A stretch of 64,000 nucleotides of DNA from Gracilinanus agilis. Lineage: Eukaryota. Under the pieces are notes generated by a model. That model was not told the origin of the DNA, did no database searches, and saw only the letters and a program-made list of their open reading frames with translations. Position 1 is the first letter of the stretch; the number at the start of each line of letters is the position of its first letter. The position numbers and the translations under genes were made by a program. This document shows, piece by piece, positions 1 to 9,090 of the stretch. The stretch spans positions 670,967,408-671,031,407 of the forward strand of contig NC_058131.1 in NCBI RefSeq assembly GCF_016433145.1, given 5' to 3'.

Positions 1-260
1 CGGGGCTGCCGGGCCGGCCTCCAGGGTCAGGCCCTGACCCTGGCCGCGCTCGGGAAGGGGCCGCGCCTCAGCGCCGGGCGCACGCACGGGGCCGGGCTCG
101 CGGACTCAGGGACCGGGACCCGCCGCCGCCGCCACCGGGGCCTCCCAGCAGCCGCGGCGCCGCCTCCCCCATCAGCTGATCCGCACTTCCGGCCGCGCCG
201 GCCACTTCCACTTCCGCCTCGTCCGGGCTGTGGAGTCGCTCTTCCCTAGTGGGCCCGGGG
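1..260 (-). promoter_or_regulatory. CpG-island promoter / 5'UTR of the next gene, probably ZSWIM8 (CDS lies outside the window)
   Basis: Very GC/CpG-rich, with tandem ETS/GABP-type motifs: ACTTCCGG 185-192, ACTTCC 204-209, ACTTCCG 210-216. Gene identity is inferred only from the conserved order SEC24C-FUT11-CHCHD1-ZSWIM8; no ZSWIM8 codons are visible. Confidence 0.6.
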
Positions 261-1289
261 AGGGAACTAATTCTGGCTACAAAGCTTTCGTCTCATTCTT
301 TCCCGCTTTCTCCTGCCACCTCTTCCCCTTCACGCGGCACGTTAGAAACGGGCTCCCCAAAACTTGGCTGAGTGAGCCTGGATTCCTGAGCTGGGCGGGG
401 GCTGGGGGCGTGAAGGACCGCTATGCATGCTGGGAATCGTAGGCTTCGAACTGGCAGCTCAAGAATCTCCAGGATCTTTGTGCTCCTCCGTCCCCTACAT
501 CGCGCTGCCTTCTGGGAGTCGTAGTCCAGGGACTTGGAGTTCGAAAACAATGATAGGAGTAGGAATGGGAGAGAAGTTTGGGGTTCCTGTGATCTTCGAG
601 CATAGCTACCCCCTTTTTTGTCCGCGGACTTGTAATATGAAACATCCCATTTTCCCCTCGGCTCCTGTGCCGAAATTGTGCCCCATATGAATCTCCACGA
701 TATCAAAAATTCCCCAAGCTGGGTAGACAGCTCTCCCAGTCAGCCAATAATGTTTACTAAGCACTCGCTAACATACAGGGCACTGGGTGAATAAAAAAGG
801 CATGAGTCCCTGCTCTCAGAGTTCGGTCTAATGGAGGAAACAACTCGCAAACTATTACAGACTATTAAAGTACTTGCTTCAGTTTTCTCTTCTATAAAAT
901 GGGAATTATAATAGCATCTACTTCACAGGATTGTGGTAAAGGTCAAATAAGATATTGTAAAAAGCTCTGCACAGTGATAGGAAAGTAGGAGGTGCTTATT
1001 CCTTTCTCCTGTTCAAGAGAAATATATTAATATTGCACTGTGTTGCCAGAAATAATTTTATTATTAATCTTTTTATTATTCTCTATAGGAGGGAAGTTCT
1101 AGGTGTCCAAACTGGCAAAGTCTCCCATGCCCTCCAATATGGCTCTACCCTAAAACAATTTTAAGAAGAAAGATTTCTTTCCTGTGTAATCAGTATCCTA
1201 ACACCTTGAATGCAAAAGGGGTACTGCCCTTAAATGGTTCAAAGTGCTTATCATTTCACATGGATTATAGAAAGGTCATAATATTTTTC

Positions 1290-1512
1290 TGCTGAGTTTT
1301 TTCAGTGTGTTAGATTCATGACCCCATTTGGGTTTTTCTTAACAAAATCCCTGGAATGCCATTTCCTTCTCCAGCTCATTTGACAGATAAGGAAATTCTG
1401 GCACAGAGGTTTGGGTGACTTGCCCAGGGTCACACAGTATCTGGGGCCAGATTTGAATTCATGAAGAGGAGGCTTCCCAATTCCTAGTCCACTTTTGCCA
1501 TCTAGCTGCCCC
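1290..1512 (-). mobile_element. Mar1-like CORE-SINE (approximate ends)
   Basis: RTE-like tail (gaccccatttgggtttttctt...gccatttccttctccagctcatt) joined to a MIR core (tgacttgcccagggtcacacag...catctagctgccc). Confidence 0.6.
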
Positions 1513-2029
1513 TAATCTTATCTAGAGGAGAGTTAAGTTTGACTTTCATCCCTCATCTATTTCTCTGAGACAGGCCTTAACTTTTGTTCTACTTGCATAA
1601 AATGGGCTTTTAGACCAGAAAAAATATTTTTTTAAATGGCCAGTTTTACTAAAAGGATTTTAAACATGCCAACTCTGCCAAACTTTACTTCTTGCTGTCG
1701 CCTAACTCCAGACCAGGCCACAAGTGGATTTCTTCCCTCTACACTAAAATTCTTTCCCTCTCCCTCAAGGCCTAACTCAAGCATTATCTTCCCTAGGAAC
1801 TTTCCCAGATCTTCCCAGTTGAAAGTGATCATTCCCTCCTAAACTTTTATTCCCATCTAGGATTTCTCCTTTGCACTTATCCCATTCTGCACTTTCAGTT
1901 ATTGGGGTACCTTATTCTTCCAGTTAAGATTGCTAGCTTTTTGAAGACAGGATCTATCTTTCATCCACCCCTCCCCTAGCACTTGGTGCAATTCCTTGGG
2001 CACAGTGGCTATGTAATGTTTGTCTAAAT

Positions 2030-2199
2030 CAGGGGTTCTTTCACAACTGTCTGGTGAAGTCTATGGCCCCTTCCTCAGAATAATGTTTTTAAATGCATAA
2101 AATAATATACATCAGGTTACAAAGGAAACAAATTATGTTAAAATAGTTATTAAAATATTTTTTAAAAACAAATTCACAGGCCCCAGGCCAAGAATTCTG
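2030..2199. mobile_element. Old hAT/Charlie-type MITE
   Basis: Starts CAGGGGTTCTT and ends AAGAATTCTG. 8-bp TSD GTCTAAAT (2022-2029) / GTCTAACT (2200-2207). Confidence 0.65.
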
Positions 2200-2788
2200 G
2201 TCTAACTGTGCATTTACTGGCTGCCCCTCACATTGTAAGAATCTGGAATAAAGTGAGGGAATGAGAGCCTTGATATGTTCAGTGAACCAACAGAAAATCC
2301 AACCAGCTTCTACTCTTAACCACACATTCCCCCATACATCCTGCACAGTACAGAAGACTTGATGACCATGGAAAAAAAGGTTTTTTGTATACCTGGTCTC
2401 CCATGCCCTAGCAACTACAGGCATCCAAAGCAAAGATCAATATCCAGACTAGAGGAGTTCTAAATTCCTTCCAATTCTGGGGATCCTGTATCCTTGAGGA
2501 GATCAAACTTGGTTGGCTCTCAAGATGAGTTAGTGTATCTTCTCTAAGAAGCAAAAAAGGTCTCAGGATCCTGGAAAGGGTAGAGGGCTGGGATTCAGAG
2601 ATAACCTCAACCACAATACAGGCCAAGCTCTCTTGTAAAGATTTTATTTCAGGATAAAGCAGAACTCTCACCCGAACCACAACCCCACAGGGGTGAGAAC
2701 ATGTCTCTGTCACTCAAGAGGCCACTCAGTCCACCACCAAATTGCTTCTATGAGGATGGTCCTTAAAAAGGTGTTAAAAATAACACCT

Positions 2789-4345
2789 TCAGATAATGTA
2801 AGATATATTCGGAAACCTCCTCAGCAATTTATTTGTTTGCTTGGGGGTCAAATTCCCAGAGGAGTCCTGGTGCTCCTGTTTTGCCTTCTGTTTCCGCTCT
2901 GCCTATAAGAAAAAAAAGTAAAGACAGTGTTGACACTCAAATTCCCTGATTTAAAACTAAGTAGCACTCTTGCCAGTCTCTAGGGAGAAGAGGAACCCTG
3001 TCCCAAATCATTCGTCCTATTCTCCGTTCCTCCTCATTGGAAACACAAACAAGCTATGATCTCCAAATGACCTTTGAAATCAACCTGAAAGTTTGTCTCA
3101 CTGTAGAACACCTCACCCTCTCCCCTGCTTCCCCTTCTTCTAGATCTCCCCTCTCAAGGACAAAAGACAGAGACTGGGGGCCCGACAAGAGGGTACTATA
3201 AGAATAAACAGAGCCAGTAACCCCATCCTTATATTACCAGCCCTCTCCCCAGCCCAGGTAGGCAGCCCACCCCACGATATCCACTCCCTGTCACCTCAGC
3301 CTTTGAAGCACAGGCAAAGAAGTCCTTGATCTCCTTGGCACAAATCATGTCACTAAATTCATTTTGCTTCCAGCAAGCCATCATCAGGGACATCTCTGTT
3401 ATACAGGTGGCCTCTGGAAAGGGGAGTGAGGTGTACCCAAGTCAAGATACCCACCTGCCTCACACACTCCCTTCTCCTCCACCCTCCTCCATCCACCAAC
3501 CACCCCATTCATTCATAAGATTCACCTACCTGCTTACTACATTAATTGAAAGACTCAGCTCTTGCTTACTTCATTAACTCACTCACTTGCGAATTACTTC
3601 ATCAGACTCACATAATTGCTTACTTTATTCATTTTCTCACTGACTGACTTTTGCTTTATTCAAAGTCATCTCTTGCCCACTTCATTTACTCATTCAAAAT
3701 TGCACCTGCTTACTTCATTCAAAGACTTACCTCTTGCTTCCTTCCTTCCTTCCTTCCTTTACTCAGACCTACCTGCTTGCTTGCTTCCTTCTCTCACTCA
3801 CCTTCATTCATTTATTCAAAGACTCACCTGCTTGCTTCCCTCCTTCCTTCCTTCATCTCTGGCTTACTTTATTCATTCAGACTCACCTGCTTGCTTCATT
3901 CATTCAAACACATCTGCTTGCTTGCTTGCTTCCTACATTCACTCCCTCAAAAATTCACCTGCTTGCTTTGGGCCAGGCTCTATGGTCATTATGAATACAC
4001 AGTAACCGAGCCTCTGACCTCAAAGAGTGGACAGTCTTGGGGGCATTGAGGGAGGGAGCAACGCCAGGTTCAGTACAAGGAAGCTTTAGAAGGAAGCAAA
4101 CAAAAAGCTCGAGAAGCACGTGAGGTCGGGAGAGCAGGAGCCGGGGAAATCAGGCCTGGCTTCCGGGAGGAGGCGACCCCTCCCTCGGACCCCAGTTCGC
4201 CTCTCGCCGTGATACACTCACCCCCGAGCTCGCGGCGCCCTGCCCCGACCCGGTTGGCCAGTATGAGGGGTTTGTTGGGCTTCAGCACGGGCCGCTTCCC
4301 GTTGGCCAGGCGCGCCAGGCGTCCCCGTAGGCTAGGCGCCGCCAT
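2789..4345 (-). CDS. CHCHD1: CHCHD1 (mitochondrial ribosomal protein mS37), 3 exons, 118 aa
   Basis: Exons 4345-4222, 3413-3295, 2902-2789 (357 nt), all GT-AG. Translation [34 protein letters not shown]...[35 protein letters not shown]...[13 protein letters not shown], with twin CX9C motifs. AATAAA on the minus strand at 2643-2648. Confidence 0.96.
3500..3965. repeat. Degenerate minisatellite / low-complexity array in CHCHD1 intron 1
   Basis: Recurring unit of about 40-60 nt, ttcattcaaagactcacctgcttgcttccttcc, with (CATT)n, (CTTG)n and (TTCC)n runs. Confidence 0.85.
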
Positions 4346-4620
4346 GGCCCCCGCTCCGGCCGCCGCCACTGGCGCCCGCACGCTGGTATGGCCAGTGCGT
4401 CACCGCGCACGCCGGGGGCGGGGCGCGTCTCCTACCTTACCTTGGCGTTCTCCCGGCTCAGCAACCCCGGTTTCCTGGAGCCCGGCCTCTTCCCTTGGCA
4501 TCCGCCAGGCCTTGCCAAGGCCTGAACGCGAGGAGGGCGGGACGGGACGGGCCCCCTGGCCCAAGGTGCAGAGGATAGTGTTCCGGGGTCAGCGAAGTCC
4601 GGCGGAACCTGCTCCCAGGA
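4150..4620 (-). promoter_or_regulatory. CHCHD1 CpG island / promoter
   Basis: High CpG density around the ATG at 4345; GC box GGGGCGGGG near 4415-4423. Confidence 0.7.
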
Positions 4621-5959
4621 GTACCTTGGGTAAGTCATCCAACCTCCCCCGACCTCAGTTTCCCTATCTGAAATGAGAAAGGCAGGATCCCAGGCCCAAA
4701 ACGCGGAGTGGGTGAACTAGCAGGCGGAGTGGGAGCTGCCCTGGGAAGCTAGAACCTTGGGGAGGGTGTCTGCACCTTTGTGGGGGCGGGAGGAAGGGGG
4801 AGAATCGCGCCCTAGGGGCCGTGAGATTGCAGCCCCTCTGCAGCCCGAGAACTCCCCTTGTCGTGTTTTCCTTCTGCTTTGGCCAGGTCTTCAGAGTAGT
4901 TCCATCAGGCCGAATGCCAATGCAGATATCCACAAAGGAAAGCGGGACCTTTCAAGGGGTGGCTGTTCGGGCAACCGAGGACAGTTCCCACCTGCAGGCA
5001 GGGTGCTGGACTATGTTGCACTGGAAGGAGAACGTAGGAATTCTCACGCAGGAGAACTGTATTATTTAGGGATGTATGTTTTATTCACTTAATTGTGACT
5101 TCTTTGCATTGTCTGCGGAGTGAAATAAAATCTGTCCTGTATCAATTAAATGGGCTGTTACCTTGAATATTTGTGAGAATTAGAGGTTCCTTTTAGCCAC
5201 AGACTATAGTCTGAGACTTTCCAGAGCAAACTCCAAGTCTAACAAGCCAAAGAGTAATTTAGGGAGGACCCCCCTCAGATTGGGCATGGCCCCTGTAAAC
5301 CCAAAGCTTGGGAACGCTGGAGCCAGTTTCCTGGAGTTACCAAGTGGGATGTCTTGGAATAGATGCGTTGTGATCACTTGTGGCCAAAATGTCTCCCAGT
5401 GAGTGATGAGGCTGAGCCTCTCTTGATAGTAAACACAGGCAATATCTAGAACCACAGGCTAGGCTCCTCCAGCTTGGTGTAGGACCTTGGAATTTGCACA
5501 TCTCTGGCATTTCCTTTATCAGCCTAGAGTCACTTCCACACCAAGATAATGTATGGGAGGCAGAGTTACAAAGTAATAATGAGGATGATTTTCCCTCTCC
5601 ATAAACATACCATAAAGAAAATTCTCCTTCATAACATTTACCTTGGAAAGCTATCTTTTTTATTCTGAGAAGACTGCCATTGTTCAAGAAGTATCTTGGA
5701 TTGGTTCCAAGACAGTTTATGAACCACACAAGAATTTGTACTATCTAGACTAGTCAAACCAAAACAATATGGTAACAGTTAATATGATTTACATATTTCA
5801 AGGTTTGCAAGTCACTTTACAAATGTTATCTCATTGTTATCCTGATAACAAACCTAAAAGGTAGCTGTTATTATTATCATCCTTATTTTGCAGATAGGGA
5901 AACTGAGGCCAAGGGAAGGTAACACAACTAGTTAAGTGTCTGAGGCTAGATTTAATTTT

Positions 5960-6815
5960 TTTTTTTTGAAACGCTTATCTTCTGTCTTAGAATCAATATT
6001 ATGTATAGATTCTAAGGCAGAAGAATGGTAAGTACTAGGCAATGGGGGTTAAATGACTTGCCCAAAAACTGGAACACCTATACACTGCTTGGTGGAATTG
6101 TGAAGTGATCCAGCCATTCTGGAGGGCAATTTGGAACTATGCACAAAGGCCTTTAAAAGAATGCCCGCCCTTTGATCCAGCCATACCACTGCTGAGTTTG
6201 TACCTCAAAGAGATAATAAGGAAAAAGACTTGTACAAAAATATTTGTAGTCCTGCTCTTTGTGGAGGCAAAAAACTGGAAAATGAGAGAATGTACTTCAA
6301 TTGGGGAATGGCTGAATTTGTGATATCTGCTGGTGATGGAATGTGCTGAAATGAATAAAGAACTAGAGGAACTGATGCAGAGCAAAAAGAGCAGAACCAG
6401 GAGAACATTGTACACAGAGGCTGATACATTATGACACAATTGAATTTAATGAACTTTTCTACTAGTAGTAATTCAGAGAAATTTATGAGAAAGAATGTTA
6501 TCTACATCCAGAGAAAAAATTGTGGGAGCAGAAATGCAGAAGAAAAACATATGATCAACCATGTAGTTCAATATGGATATGAATAGGGTTTTTATGTTAA
6601 AAGATCATTCTACTGTAAATATGAATAACATGGAAATAGGTTTTGAACAATGATACATGTATAACCCAGTGGAACTGCTTGTCCATGGAAAAATATTATA
6701 AATAAATAAATGACTTGTCCAGGGTCACACAATTAGGAAGTATGAGGTCAAATTTGAACCCAGGACCTCCCCTCTCTAGGCCTGGCCTTCAATCCACTGA
6801 GCCACCTAACTGCCC
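5960..6815 (-). mobile_element. Marsupial SINE (SINE1_Mdo-like) interrupted by an L1 fragment
   Basis: SINE 3' half at about 5960-6064 and 5' half at 6708-6815. The intervening L1 is flanked by the TSD aaatgacttg(c/t)cca (6051-6064 / 6708-6721). Confidence 0.75.
6065..6707 (+). mobile_element. 5'-truncated L1 (ORF2 C-terminus plus 3'UTR)
   Basis: ORF 6105-6323 reads IQPFWRAIWNYA...PFDPAIPLL.LY.KEI...CTKIF, typical of the L1 ORF2 C-terminus. A-rich tail and 14-bp TSD. Confidence 0.9.
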
Positions 6816-6873
6816 TGTTGGATTTGGATTTAAGAATCTTCCTCACACCAAATCTAGAACTCTGCTTGATTAT

Positions 6874-7529
6874 TGTAAGTGTTAAAATTAATGGTTTGGC
6901 TAAATATATGAAAATTATAAATCTTTTATTTATAAAGTGGAGAAATACAAAAGGGTAGAAAAGACATTAACCTATCTAACTAAATATTGGTCCAGTGCGT
7001 GGCTCAGCCAGGACTTGTTAACCTTCAATCAGAATTAAACTATCTCCAGAAGACAGGAAAGGAAAACCAGCTATCCATTCACCCAAGACAATGACTGGAG
7101 CTGAAGGTGACTCCTGAGGCCTACTTTCTTCTTTGAGCTGACCTTCTTGAAGCCAACTGCCTTCTTAGAGTGACTTTCTTCTTGGAGTTCACTCTCTTCT
7201 TCTTGGAGTCCACTCTCTACTAGCCTCCCTCACTAGATTTCTTTACAAGATTGCCTTCATGGCTTTTATGGTGGTTTCCTGTCCCTGCCCCTTTTCACAA
7301 GGGCCAATCACAGCTTCCAAATTGTCTTGAGTTCTCATCTTTGGAATCACACCTTTCTGAGTGTGTGAACTCTTAAATTTCTGGCTTGTTCTCACCTAGC
7401 ATCAAGTAAGGTGTGAACTTACTAAGTGGTTTTCAAGCTTCTCCCACCTAGTTCAAGCTCGTGTTGATTCAAAGTTATTGCCAACAAAAGTGTTAACTAA
7501 GCAGAGAGAACAAAGGATTTCCTTTCACA
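6874..7529 (-). mobile_element. Solo LTR, 656 bp (class I ERV-like)
   Basis: TG...CA ends and perfect 4-bp TSD TTAT (6870-6873 / 7530-7533). On the minus strand: ATTGG (7304-7308), CATAAAA (7264-7270), AATAAA (6925-6930). Confidence 0.85.
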
Positions 7530-8011
7530 TTATCCACCTTATTTTTCAAATTCAAATCTAAATAACTTTTTCAAAACATGAAATGTTCCTTCAGACTGAA
7601 TATTTATTACCAATGGAAATACTAAAGAGTGGGCTCCAGCCTGTGAATGCCGATCCAAAAGGGGAGTTCCAAAAATGTTTTGAGTAATAATAGCATTGTA
7701 GAAGTCAGTATATTGTCTTTTGTTTGTTTTAAATTTAGGGAAGTGATTTTTAATCATAACGCTTTGAAGTGACTGTTTAAGGGGCAACTTATTTGATTAG
7801 TATAAGTCTCATTTGGTTAATGTACTTCTTTAACCACAGAGTGCACCCTCTCAACTCAGCCTCTCAAGCTTTTATCATTCTTCAAGACTGCTTAGGTGTC
7901 AGGGATTCAGGGAACTTTCCTCAATTCCTTTAGAGATTAGTTCTCTCTCACTCCTTCCTCATGTTACCCTGCCTATCCTTCTGTTGCATTCCCATTAGAA
8001 TGTGTATAACC

Positions 8012-8875
8012 TGTAACCCAGCACTGCAATAGCCCTGGGCTCACATGAACAGGGTCTGATCCTGGGGATCAACCCTCAAAAGTGTGAGAGAAATTGAGGG
8101 GATTAGGACAGCAAGTGATTAATTGTGGGAATTGTGTATGTTACACTGATTTCATCTTGTGATTCTGTTCTGGAGCTAGCTTAGCTCCTTTTCTAGTCAA
8201 TTATGGGTATAGCCCAAATTCTGTCTTGTGAGACTCACTGCATTGTTTGAACCTAATCCTGTGTGACTGGGAAACTGGACCATCTGTGCCTTTGAGACCC
8301 TTAAGCAAGGACCTAGATTATGTTGACTTTAAACACAATCAGTTTCAAAGACAGATATAAGATATACCACTCCTATGACTAGTCTGTTAATAGGGGCCAT
8401 ATGAACATTTTTTTGTTAAGACTAAGTACTGTTCAGGAATGATGTGGGTAATCATTTTCTTTCCCTAGAAGGTCTGATCCCTTAACTTTCAAACCTGGGA
8501 ATTTTTAAACTTGGGGATACCAACAAGGCAACTCCTAAGACATCTCCCTTCTCTGATAAGAGACTCTTGTCTCTAATGTGCCTGGGAAGGCACTATTTGG
8601 GCCACCCAGGTGAGCATCTGTCTGCCTCTGCCATGTGTGCCTGCTCCAGCCGATACCATCTCTTGGGCCAGGAAAGTCCATTTTTAGGAACTCTAGGATC
8701 TGACTGCTGTTCAGAAAGCTTAGAATGAACAGATGTAACTCTTACCTCATGTTCATGCTCCAAGGAAGCCATTACCAGCTCCTAGGAGGAAAGAGTCTCT
8801 CTTGAGTGTCCATAGCATCTGGGGGAGGAGTCTATTCATACTGATTGGGAGGATCCCTATTAACTCCCTCTTACA
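8012..8875. mobile_element. Probable solo LTR inserted in an L2 3'-end remnant
   Basis: Terminal inverted TGTAA...TTACA. The flanks read as a split L2 tail (cccattagaatgt | aagctccttaaaagg...tacttaataaa). I could not identify a TSD. Confidence 0.4.
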
Positions 8876-9045
8876 TATATATAAGCTCCTTAAAAGGATT
8901 GCTTTGTCTCATTGCTTTATGCATAGTAAATACTTAATAAAATTTTAATTAAATGCCTTCATTGATAATTCATTTTTCATTCTCTCCTTACTTGAGTCAT
9001 TTCTTGGCTTCCAGATCCCTTTTTCTTATACTTATTTAATCACAT

Positions 9046-9088
9046 TGATAGGCCTGAGAAGCCAACTGAGCTCCAAATAAGAGCTGAC
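9046..9088 (+). repeat. 5' LTR stub (43 bp)
   Basis: tgataggcctgagaagccaactgagctccaaataagagctgac aligns to the start of the 3' LTR (14727-14772) with 3 substitutions and one 3-bp indel. Confidence 0.88.
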
Positions 9089-9090
9089 GC

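Noticed and set aside
293-706. 137-aa minus-strand ORF as the ZSWIM8 N-terminus
   Set aside because: It does not resemble the known ZSWIM8 start (MELMFAEWEDGERF...) and lies upstream of the ETS-rich promoter.
3616-4049. Three overlapping ORFs of 86-132 aa
   Set aside because: Produced by the stop-poor pyrimidine-rich minisatellite, antisense to CHCHD1.
4432-4446. Strong donor-like AAG|GTAAGG upstream of the CHCHD1 ATG
   Set aside because: No acceptor is evident between it and the ATG, and there is no transcript evidence; it cannot be supported as an exon.
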